Assembly (NCBI GenBank): GCA_963662585.1
Contig: OY759729.1
Location: forward strand, 2,912,001 to 2,976,000
Direction: 5' to 3'
Origin: Candidatus Cloacimonadales bacterium
GTDB lineage: Bacteria > Cloacimonadota > Cloacimonadia > Cloacimonadales > JAFGVF01
Length of the DNA: 64,000 nt
Shown here: positions 19,786 to 29,721 of the stretch, piece after piece
How positions within the stretch are numbered: the stretch's first letter is position 1
Layout: every line of letters begins with the position of its first letter
Made by a program: the position numbers and the translations under genes
The notes under the pieces: generated by a model
What the model was told of the DNA's origin: nothing
Seen by the model: only the letters and a program-made list of their open reading frames with translations
The model's database searches: none

Positions 19786-21660
19786 ATGAAAAGTTTACTA
19801 GTGTTAATTTTAAGTCTTTCTTTTATCGGTTGTGCTAATTATAAGAGTTTGGATGATGTTTATTTTAATCAAGAAGCTGATCAAATAGTTTCAAATCAAG
19901 AAAATTTACAACTTTTTACAGGTAAACTCAAAATTAAAATTGATGATGAAAAGTTCGTATTGGATATTAAAAATGGAGTAAATTTTACAGAAAATATGAC
20001 TTTAAATCTATCCCAGGTAGAAGAATCTTGTGAGGATGGAAACGGCCCCTTGCTAATAAAAGGAACAGGCCTACCTTTCACTGGGGATTTAATAATTATA
20101 AATGAAGGAATTGATACTTTCTTAAAATTGTATTCCCTTGAATCTTATCTACCTATAAAAATAATTACTGAATCTAATTTTAGCTTTGATAGAACTTATA
20201 ATCCGAAAAAATATAAATTTATAGATTATCTTAATACTCCATATTTTGATGATTACCAAGAAGAAGTAGAACTATATGAAATGTCGTATGAAGAAGCAAT
20301 ATTATATGAAAATAAATTATATGAAGAATTTAAAGATTCTCAGCGTTTTAATGAGTTAGAAATAGAACTAAATATGGAGACGGAAGACAATCTTGAAGAG
20401 GATATTACTGGAGATCTTGAAGCTGGCCCAATTTTGGTCAGACCTCTTTCTAATGGATTTTTTATGGATAAACTAGGAGATATGCAAAGGTTTAACCCTG
20501 AAATTATAGCTGATGTTTCTTTAATTGATGGTTTTCATTCATTGTATTTTGATGACTTTGAAAAATACATAATCAATTATGACAATGGAGTTTTAACAGG
20601 AGAGATGCAAGAGTATAATTTTAAAAAACTTATTAAAGAGGTTGAGTTAATGTCATTAGAAGATTTCTTAGTTTATACAAAGAAATCTCCGACTGATTAT
20701 CCGAATGAAAATCTTCAATCTAATCATTTAATTAAAAAAGAGTATTGGTCAAATGGCACTATTAAAAGTCTTATATCGTATAAAATCAATGAAAATACAC
20801 TCAATGGCCCAGTTTTAGCCTATAGTAAAAAAGGTACCCTAAGAGCTGAGGCTAGTTTCCTAGATAATGAATTGATTGGCCATTCAAAGATTTATGACGA
20901 TTTAGGAACTATTGATGAAGTCGCTTTTTATGAAGATGGAAGAACATCATTAATCCATTATTATTACCCAAATGGACAAATTAGGGAAACTATAAGCTAT
21001 GTCGATAGTTCTTATGCTAGAACCGAGAGTAAATACTATCCAAACGGACAATTATTATATTCCTTAATCTATGATACAGAGGATAATCTGAGCAATAAGG
21101 AATTTAAAGTTTACTATGAAAATGGTAATTTAAAACTATCAATGCAAGAAAATAATGGTTTAATTGATGGTATTGTTGAAGAATACTATGCTAATGGCCA
21201 GATTAAGAGTACTACAAATTATAAAGATGGCTTAGTCGCGGGGAAATGGTCATTTTGGAAAAAAGATGGAAGCATTCTCGATGATGGAGAAGTAAAAAAT
21301 GGTACTGGTTTATATACTTATTATGATTTTGAAAATGATATGGCTCATAGTTTAGCCTATGAAAATTATAACATTATCAGCCTAGCTATCTTAGATTACC
21401 ATGATGAGCTTGATGAATTTGAAATTATTGATGGGATTCTAAGTAGTAAGAAAAGTAGTGATGAAGATGATGTTATTGATGAAGATGATGATTTTGATGA
21501 AGACAGTTTGTCCCAGAAGTTAGAAATGGAACATTTTATTAGGATGATATCTTATAATGATTTCCCTTTTGATGGCTCTTTTCCTGAATTGATAAATTTT
21601 TACATAGATGAAATTATAACTTCTGATTGGGAGAAAGATTCTGATGAGACTAGTTACTAG
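19786..21660 (+). CDS. Acidic lipoprotein with MORN-variant (YwqK-like) repeats
   Basis: AAGGAG RBS and ATG at 19786; lipobox FIGC; repeated YYPNGQ/YYENGN/YYANGQ units. Confidence 0.8.
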   Translation: MKSLLVLILSLSFIGCANYKSLDDVYFNQEADQIVSNQENLQLFTGKLKIKIDDEKFVLDIKNGVNFTENMTLNLSQVEESCEDGNGPLLIKGTGLPFTGDLIIINEGIDTFLKLYSLESYLPIKIITESNFSFDRTYNPKKYKFIDYLNTPYFDDYQEEVELYEMSYEEAILYENKLYEEFKDSQRFNELEIELNMETEDNLEEDITGDLEAGPILVRPLSNGFFMDKLGDMQRFNPEIIADVSLIDGFHSLYFDDFEKYIINYDNGVLTGEMQEYNFKKLIKEVELMSLEDFLVYTKKSPTDYPNENLQSNHLIKKEYWSNGTIKSLISYKINENTLNGPVLAYSKKGTLRAEASFLDNELIGHSKIYDDLGTIDEVAFYEDGRTSLIHYYYPNGQIRETISYVDSSYARTESKYYPNGQLLYSLIYDTEDNLSNKEFKVYYENGNLKLSMQENNGLIDGIVEEYYANGQIKSTTNYKDGLVAGKWSFWKKDGSILDDGEVKNGTGLYTYYDFENDMAHSLAYENYNIISLAILDYHDELDEFEIIDGILSSKKSSDEDDVIDEDDDFDEDSLSQKLEMEHFIRMISYNDFPFDGSFPELINFYIDEIITSDWEKDSDETSY

Positions 21661-21711
21661 TTTATAATAAAAAAAGTAATTTAAGCATAGAAAAAGAATT
21701 AAGGAGAGAAT

Positions 21712-22398
21712 ATGAAAAGAATTCTGATTTTAATCATAGTATTTTATAGTTTAAGTTTATTTGGTAGTTCAATTACAGATTTAACATTAGAAGAGAATCT
21801 TATAGTTGATAAATTAATAGCTCAAAATGTAGAAGAGATCTACAATAGTTTTCAGGAAGTTCCTGACTTAAAGTTTACTGATAGTAATGGTAGAGCTATT
21901 GAAGGATTTGGTATGTACTTTGAAAGTGATATCAATGAGAAAGTCTTTACCAATGTCAAGAAGTCCTTTACTAAGACCAGATTTAGGGTATATGAGAAAG
22001 AGAGAGTTGATAAGTTATTGCAAGAACAATCCATCCAAATGCAAGATTTTTACTCTAAAGAGGGTCGTTTGAGAATTGGTAAATTTACTCAATGGAAAGG
22101 ATTTTTAATTGGTAATGTTAAAAGTAGGATAGAGAATAAACTTGGCAAGAAAGGGATCTATTTAGAAATCTCTTGTGATTTTATAAACTTAGAGACTGGG
22201 GAATTGATTTGGAGTGAAACATTCAGTAGTTTCCATAAGATGAATTTAGCTCTTTACTACTATTTTATTGGTATTTTTCTTATTTTGCTATTAGCTTGGC
22301 TTTTTAATAATCTGAGTCAGGGCTCCAAAACAAGTTTAATTATGGGGCTAGCAGTAGTCTTAATGCTTGCTTTTACAATTTGGTATTTTGTTTTATAA
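21712..22398 (+). CDS. Exported CsgG/LpoB-like domain protein with two C-terminal TM helices
   Basis: Signal peptide; ERVDKLLQEQ...RIGKF...INLETGELIWS pattern; hydrophobic C-terminal hairpin. Confidence 0.6.
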   Translation: MKRILILIIVFYSLSLFGSSITDLTLEENLIVDKLIAQNVEEIYNSFQEVPDLKFTDSNGRAIEGFGMYFESDINEKVFTNVKKSFTKTRFRVYEKERVDKLLQEQSIQMQDFYSKEGRLRIGKFTQWKGFLIGNVKSRIENKLGKKGIYLEISCDFINLETGELIWSETFSSFHKMNLALYYYFIGIFLILLLAWLFNNLSQGSKTSLIMGLAVVLMLAFTIWYFVL

Positions 22399-22408
22399 GG
22401 TGGTTACA

Positions 22409-23752
22409 ATGAAATTAAAAAGTAAGATCTTTCTATTGTTTATAATATTAATTATTTTAGTTTCTTGTTCTAACAATCAAAAACAGATTGTGGAAAATAA
22501 TCAACAAATGAGAAAAAATACTATATCTAAAATAGAATTACCCTGGTATATAGCTAACACCCCTCAGAATAACTCTAAAATAATCTATGGAATAGGTAGT
22601 GGTAGTAGCTTGGAGGGTGCTGTCGCATCTGCCAAAGAGAGTATCTCTAGCTTCTATAAACTGTATGTGGAAAATCAATACCAAGGTTATGAAGAGTCTA
22701 ACCAAATTAATAACCAAGAGTATTATCAAGAGTATATATCTCATCAAAAAAAATTATTATCTAATCTCAATATCCCAGGTATTACGATTGTTGAAACTGA
22801 TAGAGTTGATAAACAGTACTATGCACTCGCTTCTTTAGAAAAAGAGATTTTAGAAAGAAGCCAAAGGGATATTAGATATCAGATAGAAGAGTCTTTGAAT
22901 AGAGGGGTAGAGGAAACTAATCCCGGATTGAAATTACAATCATATTATTTAGCAGCTTCTTTGTTGAGCAAGTTGATTGAACCTGTGGAGTATCAAGGTA
23001 AGTTAGCATTTAATTTCATTGCCGAAGAGACTATTTCCATTTTTGAAAATATTAAGATAGACTATTTCTTTACCAGTCATTCTCGCTTAACAGAGTACCA
23101 AGGATTAGTGGTGTCGATAAAATCTAATATGGATGTTTTAAGTGGCATCCCTATGTCTTTAGGAAATGTTAACTGTTATCCTGATAATGAAGGAAGGTAT
23201 TACTTAAAAAGCAAAGAAAGCAGTCCTTATAACTTAATGATAAAGGTCGCAGTTGATAACCTTAAATTATCTCCTGAATTGCAAGGAAGAGAAATAGCAG
23301 ATGCCAGGAAATTAATTAGTCTTTTAACACCTTTTGAACAGAATTTATATATAATTCCTCCGGTTGAGATTACTGCTTATCTTGATTTAAAACACTTTGT
23401 TAATAATGAAGTAGCTGGAAATAATCAATTGCTAAATCAGGTTAAGCAATATCTTCTTCAAAACAATATTTCACTTACAGATTACCAAAAAGATGCTAAT
23501 ATGATATTATCAATAAGTACTTACTGTGATGAATCATCGTATAATCAGTATTTAGGTTTTGCTTATAAAGCGGGGGGGACTATCTCCTTTAAAGGTGTAA
23601 ATAAAGAAATAGAAGTCAGGGATTTAAACGATAATAAAACAAGAGAGAAAACTAAGAGTTTTGCTCAACAGAAAATACAAGCAGTTTCTTCAGCAACTGA
23701 AATTTTAAACGATCTCATCATTGAGGAGTTGAAGAAGATTAGGCTTAAATAG
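22409..23752 (+). CDS. LPP20-like lipoprotein
   Basis: AAGGTGG RBS and ATG at 22409; lipobox LVSC; LPWY...IYGIGSG...AKESIS...YYALASL. Confidence 0.7.
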   Translation: MKLKSKIFLLFIILIILVSCSNNQKQIVENNQQMRKNTISKIELPWYIANTPQNNSKIIYGIGSGSSLEGAVASAKESISSFYKLYVENQYQGYEESNQINNQEYYQEYISHQKKLLSNLNIPGITIVETDRVDKQYYALASLEKEILERSQRDIRYQIEESLNRGVEETNPGLKLQSYYLAASLLSKLIEPVEYQGKLAFNFIAEETISIFENIKIDYFFTSHSRLTEYQGLVVSIKSNMDVLSGIPMSLGNVNCYPDNEGRYYLKSKESSPYNLMIKVAVDNLKLSPELQGREIADARKLISLLTPFEQNLYIIPPVEITAYLDLKHFVNNEVAGNNQLLNQVKQYLLQNNISLTDYQKDANMILSISTYCDESSYNQYLGFAYKAGGTISFKGVNKEIEVRDLNDNKTREKTKSFAQQKIQAVSSATEILNDLIIEELKKIRLK

Positions 23753-23769
23753 CTAAATAAGGAGTTAGA

Positions 23770-26073
23770 ATGAATAATCAAGAGTGGAAAAATTTGTTGG
23801 ATCCAGCAGATAGAAGTATATTAGACAAAAAGATAAGGACACTTGCAGAGATAGGGAAAATAGCAAAAAAAATAGCAGATAAGAAGAAAAAAGAACGAAC
23901 ATTTGTGCGGAAAACAGCTCATAAGATTTTAGGAAGTCAAGAGACTGCTATAAATTTAAAAAAGGATATGGATGAAGAGATTGCTTTAAGAAAAAATGCT
24001 AGTGACCCTTTAGAAAGAATTTCAGTTTTTGCTCATGCCTTACTTGTGTTAATCGAGTGTGAAGAGTTAAATTCTATGAATAATCCAGTATATAAACAGG
24101 CCTATCTTCAATATGAAGTAGGATATATTCAAGAAGTTCAAAAATTCGTAGATATGCAGTATAAAGAAGATTTTAATAATGTTTTGATTAATCATTTAGA
24201 AAATGCATTAGAAGTTTTAGTTGAGAAAAAGAATAGTGAAGCTGTGAAAAGACTGAAAGAAATCCCAAACTACAAAAAACTTTTGGATTCTTATAAACAA
24301 TTAAAAATGAAGTTTGATTCATTGTTAAAGAACTTTAATAAAGAAGATTTAAAAGAGTGTATTCAACTACTTTGTATTTTGCAAAATAATGATTTATCCC
24401 AAAAAGTAGCTAAGGATTTGGTTAACTCCCTCCAAAAATTATATCAAAAGATAAGTCTAGAGCTTGTTAACAATATAATATTTGAGCAAAATCAAGTAGC
24501 TCCTAGCATTCAAGCAATTATTTCTTCCATTGATAAATATCTTGATATTAGAAATGCTTTTGGTGTTTCAGGAATTGATTTGGGTAGTGAAGAATATTCT
24601 GCTAAGAGGGATGACTTAAAGAACTTAAGTATTGAATTATTGGAAGTTAACAAAAATATTGAAGAAGAACTGAAAAGTATTTCTAGCGAATCAGCTTCCT
24701 CGGAAAATAAACTGGTTAACTATCTCAAATTTGAACGAGAACTTGAACAATATTTAAAGAAGTTTGCTTATCCTTTTGTTGAATCACAAAAGCAAATTAT
24801 GAGAATTAAAGATATTCAGCAACAAATCCAAGAGAAGAGTCTGCAAATGCGTAAACAATTTTTAGCTCCTTTTAAGGAGAAGATGAAACTTAATGCCTCA
24901 CTTATTCTAAAAGAACAATTGTTTCTCTGGAATAACTTAGAAAAGAAGATTAATAATGAAGTTGATTTACTTGCTAAACAAGGAATTAATTTGCTGGAAT
25001 TAAATGATCTTCTTCCAGAATTAGAGGCAACAAGACTGAACTTTATCAAGAATAAACTGCAAGAACTCCAAATTAATAAAGACAAATTCTGTGAGTATCA
25101 GGAGGCTTTGACCCTATTAGCCCAAGAACTGTCTCCAAGTGATATTGAAACATCTGGTATAGCATCTGAGTTAAAGAAAGTTGTTGAGTTCGGACAGGAA
25201 ATTGAGACTGCTCAACAATATATGAATAAACTAAAATCTGTTGAAGTTGAAGATTTTAAACCTTATGACTTTTATTCAGAGATATCTTTTTTAGAGAAAT
25301 TCATAACTAATAATAGAACAAGTAAGTTTATTATCTGCTCTGATATTAAAGCAATATTTACTGATATTGTTGAGTACTATAAATCATTGCTTATAATATC
25401 CACTGAGTTTTATCAGAAGAATGCCTGGAAAGGTAATCTTATCCTACAAAAACCAGGGACTCAAGTAAAAATCATTTTGTTGGATAAAGCTCAATTGCAA
25501 ATTGGAAGAGCAGATAAAAGTGGTCAACTAATTACTGGAAATAGACTATCTCTACCCTGGAATAGAATTTCAGGAGAACACTTCTTGATTGATTTTCAGC
25601 AAGCTTTTCTGAAAGATCTAAATTCTTCTAATGGTACTTATATCAATAAACTTCCGCAAAAAATTACTAGTGAATCTCTAGCTAGTGTTAAGGAGTTTAA
25701 TTTGGCATGCGATCTTACCTTTAAACTGGTTTATGATCCTAAAAATTATAGTGTCTTCAATTTTAGTAGTTTTAGTACTAATTTTGATAACACTCCAGTA
25801 TTCATAACTAAACAGGCTTTAGAAGATAAACTAAGAGACAGCTTTTTTGTTTATTTGCCTACTGACCAAGCTAATAGCAAACTCTTCATTAGGAAATATA
25901 ATGGGATGATTGTCATGGATAGTGAAGTGCTAGATAAAGATGATTGCTATATAATCGAAAGGGACCAAGATTCTTTCTACTATACTGATACTAAAGAAAA
26001 TATCTATAAACAACCAATTCAAAAAGAAAATAATAACTTCATGACTTTAGTTGTAACAAACTTGATGATATAA
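23770..26073 (+). CDS. Long helical/coiled-coil protein with C-terminal FHA domain
   Basis: LQIGR...RISGEH...LKDLNSSNGTYIN FHA motifs. Confidence 0.8.
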   Translation: MNNQEWKNLLDPADRSILDKKIRTLAEIGKIAKKIADKKKKERTFVRKTAHKILGSQETAINLKKDMDEEIALRKNASDPLERISVFAHALLVLIECEELNSMNNPVYKQAYLQYEVGYIQEVQKFVDMQYKEDFNNVLINHLENALEVLVEKKNSEAVKRLKEIPNYKKLLDSYKQLKMKFDSLLKNFNKEDLKECIQLLCILQNNDLSQKVAKDLVNSLQKLYQKISLELVNNIIFEQNQVAPSIQAIISSIDKYLDIRNAFGVSGIDLGSEEYSAKRDDLKNLSIELLEVNKNIEEELKSISSESASSENKLVNYLKFERELEQYLKKFAYPFVESQKQIMRIKDIQQQIQEKSLQMRKQFLAPFKEKMKLNASLILKEQLFLWNNLEKKINNEVDLLAKQGINLLELNDLLPELEATRLNFIKNKLQELQINKDKFCEYQEALTLLAQELSPSDIETSGIASELKKVVEFGQEIETAQQYMNKLKSVEVEDFKPYDFYSEISFLEKFITNNRTSKFIICSDIKAIFTDIVEYYKSLLIISTEFYQKNAWKGNLILQKPGTQVKIILLDKAQLQIGRADKSGQLITGNRLSLPWNRISGEHFLIDFQQAFLKDLNSSNGTYINKLPQKITSESLASVKEFNLACDLTFKLVYDPKNYSVFNFSSFSTNFDNTPVFITKQALEDKLRDSFFVYLPTDQANSKLFIRKYNGMIVMDSEVLDKDDCYIIERDQDSFYYTDTKENIYKQPIQKENNNFMTLVVTNLMI

Positions 26074-26099
26074 AAAATTATTTTTTTAAAGGAGTAAAA

Positions 26100-26945
26100 A
26101 TGACTTTTTGTACAGAATGTGGTAAAAGCTATCAGGATGAAGCTAATTTTTGTCCTTATTGTGGCAAAGCAAATGTTTTAAAGGATAATCGTAAGCAGGA
26201 AAATAATAAAGCTAATGAATTCAGAAACTCTATAGATGACTTCATCTTTGTTGAAGGTGATACTTTTAAAATGGGATCTGAAGATGGGGCTGAAAACGAA
26301 AAACCTGTTCATCTAGTTTCCCTTTCTGATTTTTATATTGCAAAATATCCAGTAACTCAAAGTGAGTGGGAAGAAGTGATGGGGAAAAATCCTTCACATT
26401 ATAAAGGAAATAAAAAAAATCCAGTAGAAAGTATAACTTGGTATGAGGCAATAGAATATTGTAATAAGAAGAGTATTAATGAAGGCTTAAAACCAGCCTA
26501 TTCTGGCTCAGGAGAAAGCACTAAATGTACTTTTAGAAATAATGGATATCGCTTACCAACTGAAGCTGAGTGGGAATATGCAGCAAAGGGTGGTAAACTT
26601 TCCAAAGGATATATTTATAGTGGGAGTAATAATATTAAAAAAGTAGCAGAATTTGAAGGTAATAATCATTATTGTACTAAACCTGTAGGTGGAAAAAAAG
26701 CTAACGAACTTGGTCTCTATGATATGACAGGTAATGTTTTGGAGTGGTGTTGGGATTGGTTTGGACATTATATATATGATTTGCTGATTGATCCACAAGG
26801 ACCTACAGCAGGTTCTAACCGCGTGATTAGGGGTGGGAGCTTTTACAACTCAGCTCATTCTTGCCGTGTAGTGCGTCGTAGTTACAGTTTCCCAGCTAAT
26901 AGCATTAACTACATAGGCTTCAGACTTGTTCGTAGTTCAGATTAG
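26100..26945 (+). CDS. Zn-ribbon + FGE-sulfatase (SUMF1/CLec-fold) domain protein
   Basis: CxxC-x10-CxxC; YRLPTEAEWEYAA, GLYDMTGNVLEW, RVIRGGS...IGFRL. Confidence 0.9.
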   Translation: MTFCTECGKSYQDEANFCPYCGKANVLKDNRKQENNKANEFRNSIDDFIFVEGDTFKMGSEDGAENEKPVHLVSLSDFYIAKYPVTQSEWEEVMGKNPSHYKGNKKNPVESITWYEAIEYCNKKSINEGLKPAYSGSGESTKCTFRNNGYRLPTEAEWEYAAKGGKLSKGYIYSGSNNIKKVAEFEGNNHYCTKPVGGKKANELGLYDMTGNVLEWCWDWFGHYIYDLLIDPQGPTAGSNRVIRGGSFYNSAHSCRVVRRSYSFPANSINYIGFRLVRSSD

Positions 26946-27022
26946 TTTTTTGAGCTATTAACAAGATTAAAAAATTAAAGTATAAATTTTGAAATAATAG
27001 AAAAATATTCAAAGGAGCTAAA

Positions 27023-28876
27023 ATGCCTTTTTGTACAGAATGTGGTAAACGCTATCAAGATGAGGTAAGATTTTGTCCTCATTGCGGTAACCCAAATGCC
27101 TTAAAGAAGAATGAAAAACAAGAAGTTGAAAATTTTAATGAGTACAAGCAATCTACTGAGCTTGGTCAATCAGGAGACTATGGTAGTCCTGAGGATGCAG
27201 GAATTAGAAGAAAAACTAATGTTTCGCAAGCTGGGAGTTATGGACTAGATGAAAGAAATCTTCCAGAATTGACTTCTTTGGAAAAGGGACGCTACACTAT
27301 CCTAAAAAAGTTAGGAGCAGGTGGATTTGGGGTTGTTTATAAAGCTTCAGATGCTAATTATGATGGCGAAACTAAAGCTTTAAAAGTTATCTATAGTGAA
27401 AACTATAGTGATAAGTTAGTGATGCATAAGCTAAAAACTGAAGCTAAAAATATGATTAAGATTAATCATCCTAGAGTCGTTAGACTTTATGACCTCCATT
27501 TTGAGAATGAAATTAAATTCATGGATATTGAATTTGTTGATGGTGGCGATTTACTAGATTTAATGCTAAGAAGTCCAGATTACAAAATCCCGGAAGAGAG
27601 AGTCTGGGAGTTGGCGAACCAAATTGCTCAAGGTATGCAAGCTGTCCATAAGGTAAACCTTATTCATCAAGACCTTAAACCAGAGAATATACTTCTAACT
27701 AAATCAGGTGATGTAAAGATTACCGATTTTGGAATTTCTGAAAGCTTTAGGAGTTCTAAATCAAGAATAAAAGAGACAGATGTTAAAGGGACCTATGTGT
27801 ATGCCTCACCTGAGCAGTTGGTAGGTAAAAAGGTAGGTAAGGAGGCCGATATTTGGTCTTTTGGAGTAACTCTATACCATATTTTAACAGGTGAAACCCT
27901 TTATTCTGGTAATCAAAGTAGTGATGTTTTACTGCAAATAGAAAATCGTGAATTTGAACCTATTGCCGAAGTTTCTGTTAAGATGAATGCCCTACTAGCT
28001 AAATGTCTTATGAGAGATTATAAAGAGAGGTTTAGGGATTTCGGAGAGGTGTTGGAGTTTATTGATATGCAAGAAACTCCAAAAGTTCAATCTAAATCTT
28101 TAGCACGACGAAAATCAGTTAAAGGCTTCGTCTTTGTCGAGGGTGGTACTTTTAAGATGTGTTCTTTAGATGGTTTTGGATATGAAAAGCTAGTACATAA
28201 TGTAACTTTATCGGATTTTTATATTGGAAAATATCCTGTTAAACAAGCTGAGTGGGAAGAAGTAATGGGTAAAAATCCTTCTAAATTCAAGGGAAACAAA
28301 AACAATCCGGTAGAATGTGTATCTTGGTATGATGCAGTTGAATTCTGTAATAAGAAGTCTATCAAAGATGGTTTAGATCCCTGCTATAGTATCAATAAAT
28401 CTAAGCAAGATGTTAATAACAAGGCCTGGCCGGATGACTTAAAATGGACATTAGTATGTGATTTCAGTAAAAATGGTTATCGCTTACCTACAGAAGCAGA
28501 GTGGGAATATGCTGCCAGAGGTGGCAATATATCAAAGGGCTATACCTATAGCGGAAGTAATAATGTAGAAGAAGTAGCGGAGTATGAAGGTAATAATGAT
28601 AAATCGACTAAACCAGTAGGTGGGAGAATTGCTAACGAACTTGGCATATATGATATGTCAGGCAATGTTTGGGAATGGTGTTGGGATTGGCATGGAGATT
28701 ATTCATCATCATCCCAGACTGATCCTCCTGGTCTTAATTCTGGCTCTGAACGTGTGATTCGGGGTGGCAGCTGGAATTACAGTGCATCTTATTGCCGGGT
28801 AGCTGGTCGTTCCGACGAAAACCCGTTTTGGGGTCGCCACAATATAGGCTTCCGCCTCGCCCGTAGTTCAATTTAA
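27023..28876 (+). CDS. Zn-ribbon + Ser/Thr kinase + FGE-sulfatase domain protein
   Basis: GAGGFG, KALK, HQDLKPEN, DFG, SPE; C-terminal RLPTEAEWE...IGFRL. Confidence 0.92.
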   Translation: MPFCTECGKRYQDEVRFCPHCGNPNALKKNEKQEVENFNEYKQSTELGQSGDYGSPEDAGIRRKTNVSQAGSYGLDERNLPELTSLEKGRYTILKKLGAGGFGVVYKASDANYDGETKALKVIYSENYSDKLVMHKLKTEAKNMIKINHPRVVRLYDLHFENEIKFMDIEFVDGGDLLDLMLRSPDYKIPEERVWELANQIAQGMQAVHKVNLIHQDLKPENILLTKSGDVKITDFGISESFRSSKSRIKETDVKGTYVYASPEQLVGKKVGKEADIWSFGVTLYHILTGETLYSGNQSSDVLLQIENREFEPIAEVSVKMNALLAKCLMRDYKERFRDFGEVLEFIDMQETPKVQSKSLARRKSVKGFVFVEGGTFKMCSLDGFGYEKLVHNVTLSDFYIGKYPVKQAEWEEVMGKNPSKFKGNKNNPVECVSWYDAVEFCNKKSIKDGLDPCYSINKSKQDVNNKAWPDDLKWTLVCDFSKNGYRLPTEAEWEYAARGGNISKGYTYSGSNNVEEVAEYEGNNDKSTKPVGGRIANELGIYDMSGNVWEWCWDWHGDYSSSSQTDPPGLNSGSERVIRGGSWNYSASYCRVAGRSDENPFWGRHNIGFRLARSSI

Positions 28877-28903
28877 TTTTGGTTTAATTAAAAAGGATAA
28901 GTT

Positions 28904-29671
28904 ATGCAATATTATGGATTAAGTAAAAAGGGGAAGAAATCCGTAGAAAATGAAGACACTTATGTTCTTCCTGCAGGTAAAGAAATTACAGGGAAAGAGA
29001 TTTTTAACCTAGAACCAAATTTTGATAAACAAGGCTATCTTTTTGTAATATGTGATGGGATGGGTGGACATCAAGCAGGAGAAATAGCAAGTAGATTAGC
29101 TGTAAGTTGGATGTGGAAAGATTTTTATACCGCTGATGAGATTGATGATATGCAAGTGTGGATTCAAGAAGAGATAGCTAGTATAAACAACAGGTTGTTC
29201 AATCTTTCTGTGGAGCATGATGTCTATAACGGTATGGGTACAACCATTGTCGGAGTAATTATTAAAGATAATCAAGTCTATACTTTCAATGTTGGCGATA
29301 GTAGGGCTTATCTTTTGTATGATAATCAGCTAGCACAGATAACTAAAGATGATTCTGAAGTGTGGGAGATGCTTGAAAAAGGACTTTTAACTAAAGATGA
29401 ATTAGTTAAGAATAAGAAAAGTCATTTAATTACCCAAGCATTAGCCTTAGCTCCATCCTTAAAAGTACGAACTTATTCTCCTTTTAAACTTGAAATTGCT
29501 TCTAAAATACTGCTTTGTTCAGATGGGGTAAATGATGTGTTGACGGATTCTCAAATAAATGATATATTGGTTGAAGATTCTGACTTACAAGAGATAGCTA
29601 ACAGTTTGGTAGATTCATCACTTAAAGAAGGAAGTAAAGATGATATAACTGTGGTAATTATAGAAGCCTAG
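28904..29671 (+). CDS. PP2C-family (Stp1/PrpC-like) Ser/Thr phosphatase
   Basis: NED, CDGMGGHQAGEIAS, GMGTT, VGDSR, CSDG, DDIT. Confidence 0.93.
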   Translation: MQYYGLSKKGKKSVENEDTYVLPAGKEITGKEIFNLEPNFDKQGYLFVICDGMGGHQAGEIASRLAVSWMWKDFYTADEIDDMQVWIQEEIASINNRLFNLSVEHDVYNGMGTTIVGVIIKDNQVYTFNVGDSRAYLLYDNQLAQITKDDSEVWEMLEKGLLTKDELVKNKKSHLITQALALAPSLKVRTYSPFKLEIASKILLCSDGVNDVLTDSQINDILVEDSDLQEIANSLVDSSLKEGSKDDITVVIIEA

Positions 29672-29721
29672 AAATTGAGTAATAACATTTAAGCAGATAA
29701 TAAATAGAACCAGGAGGTAAG

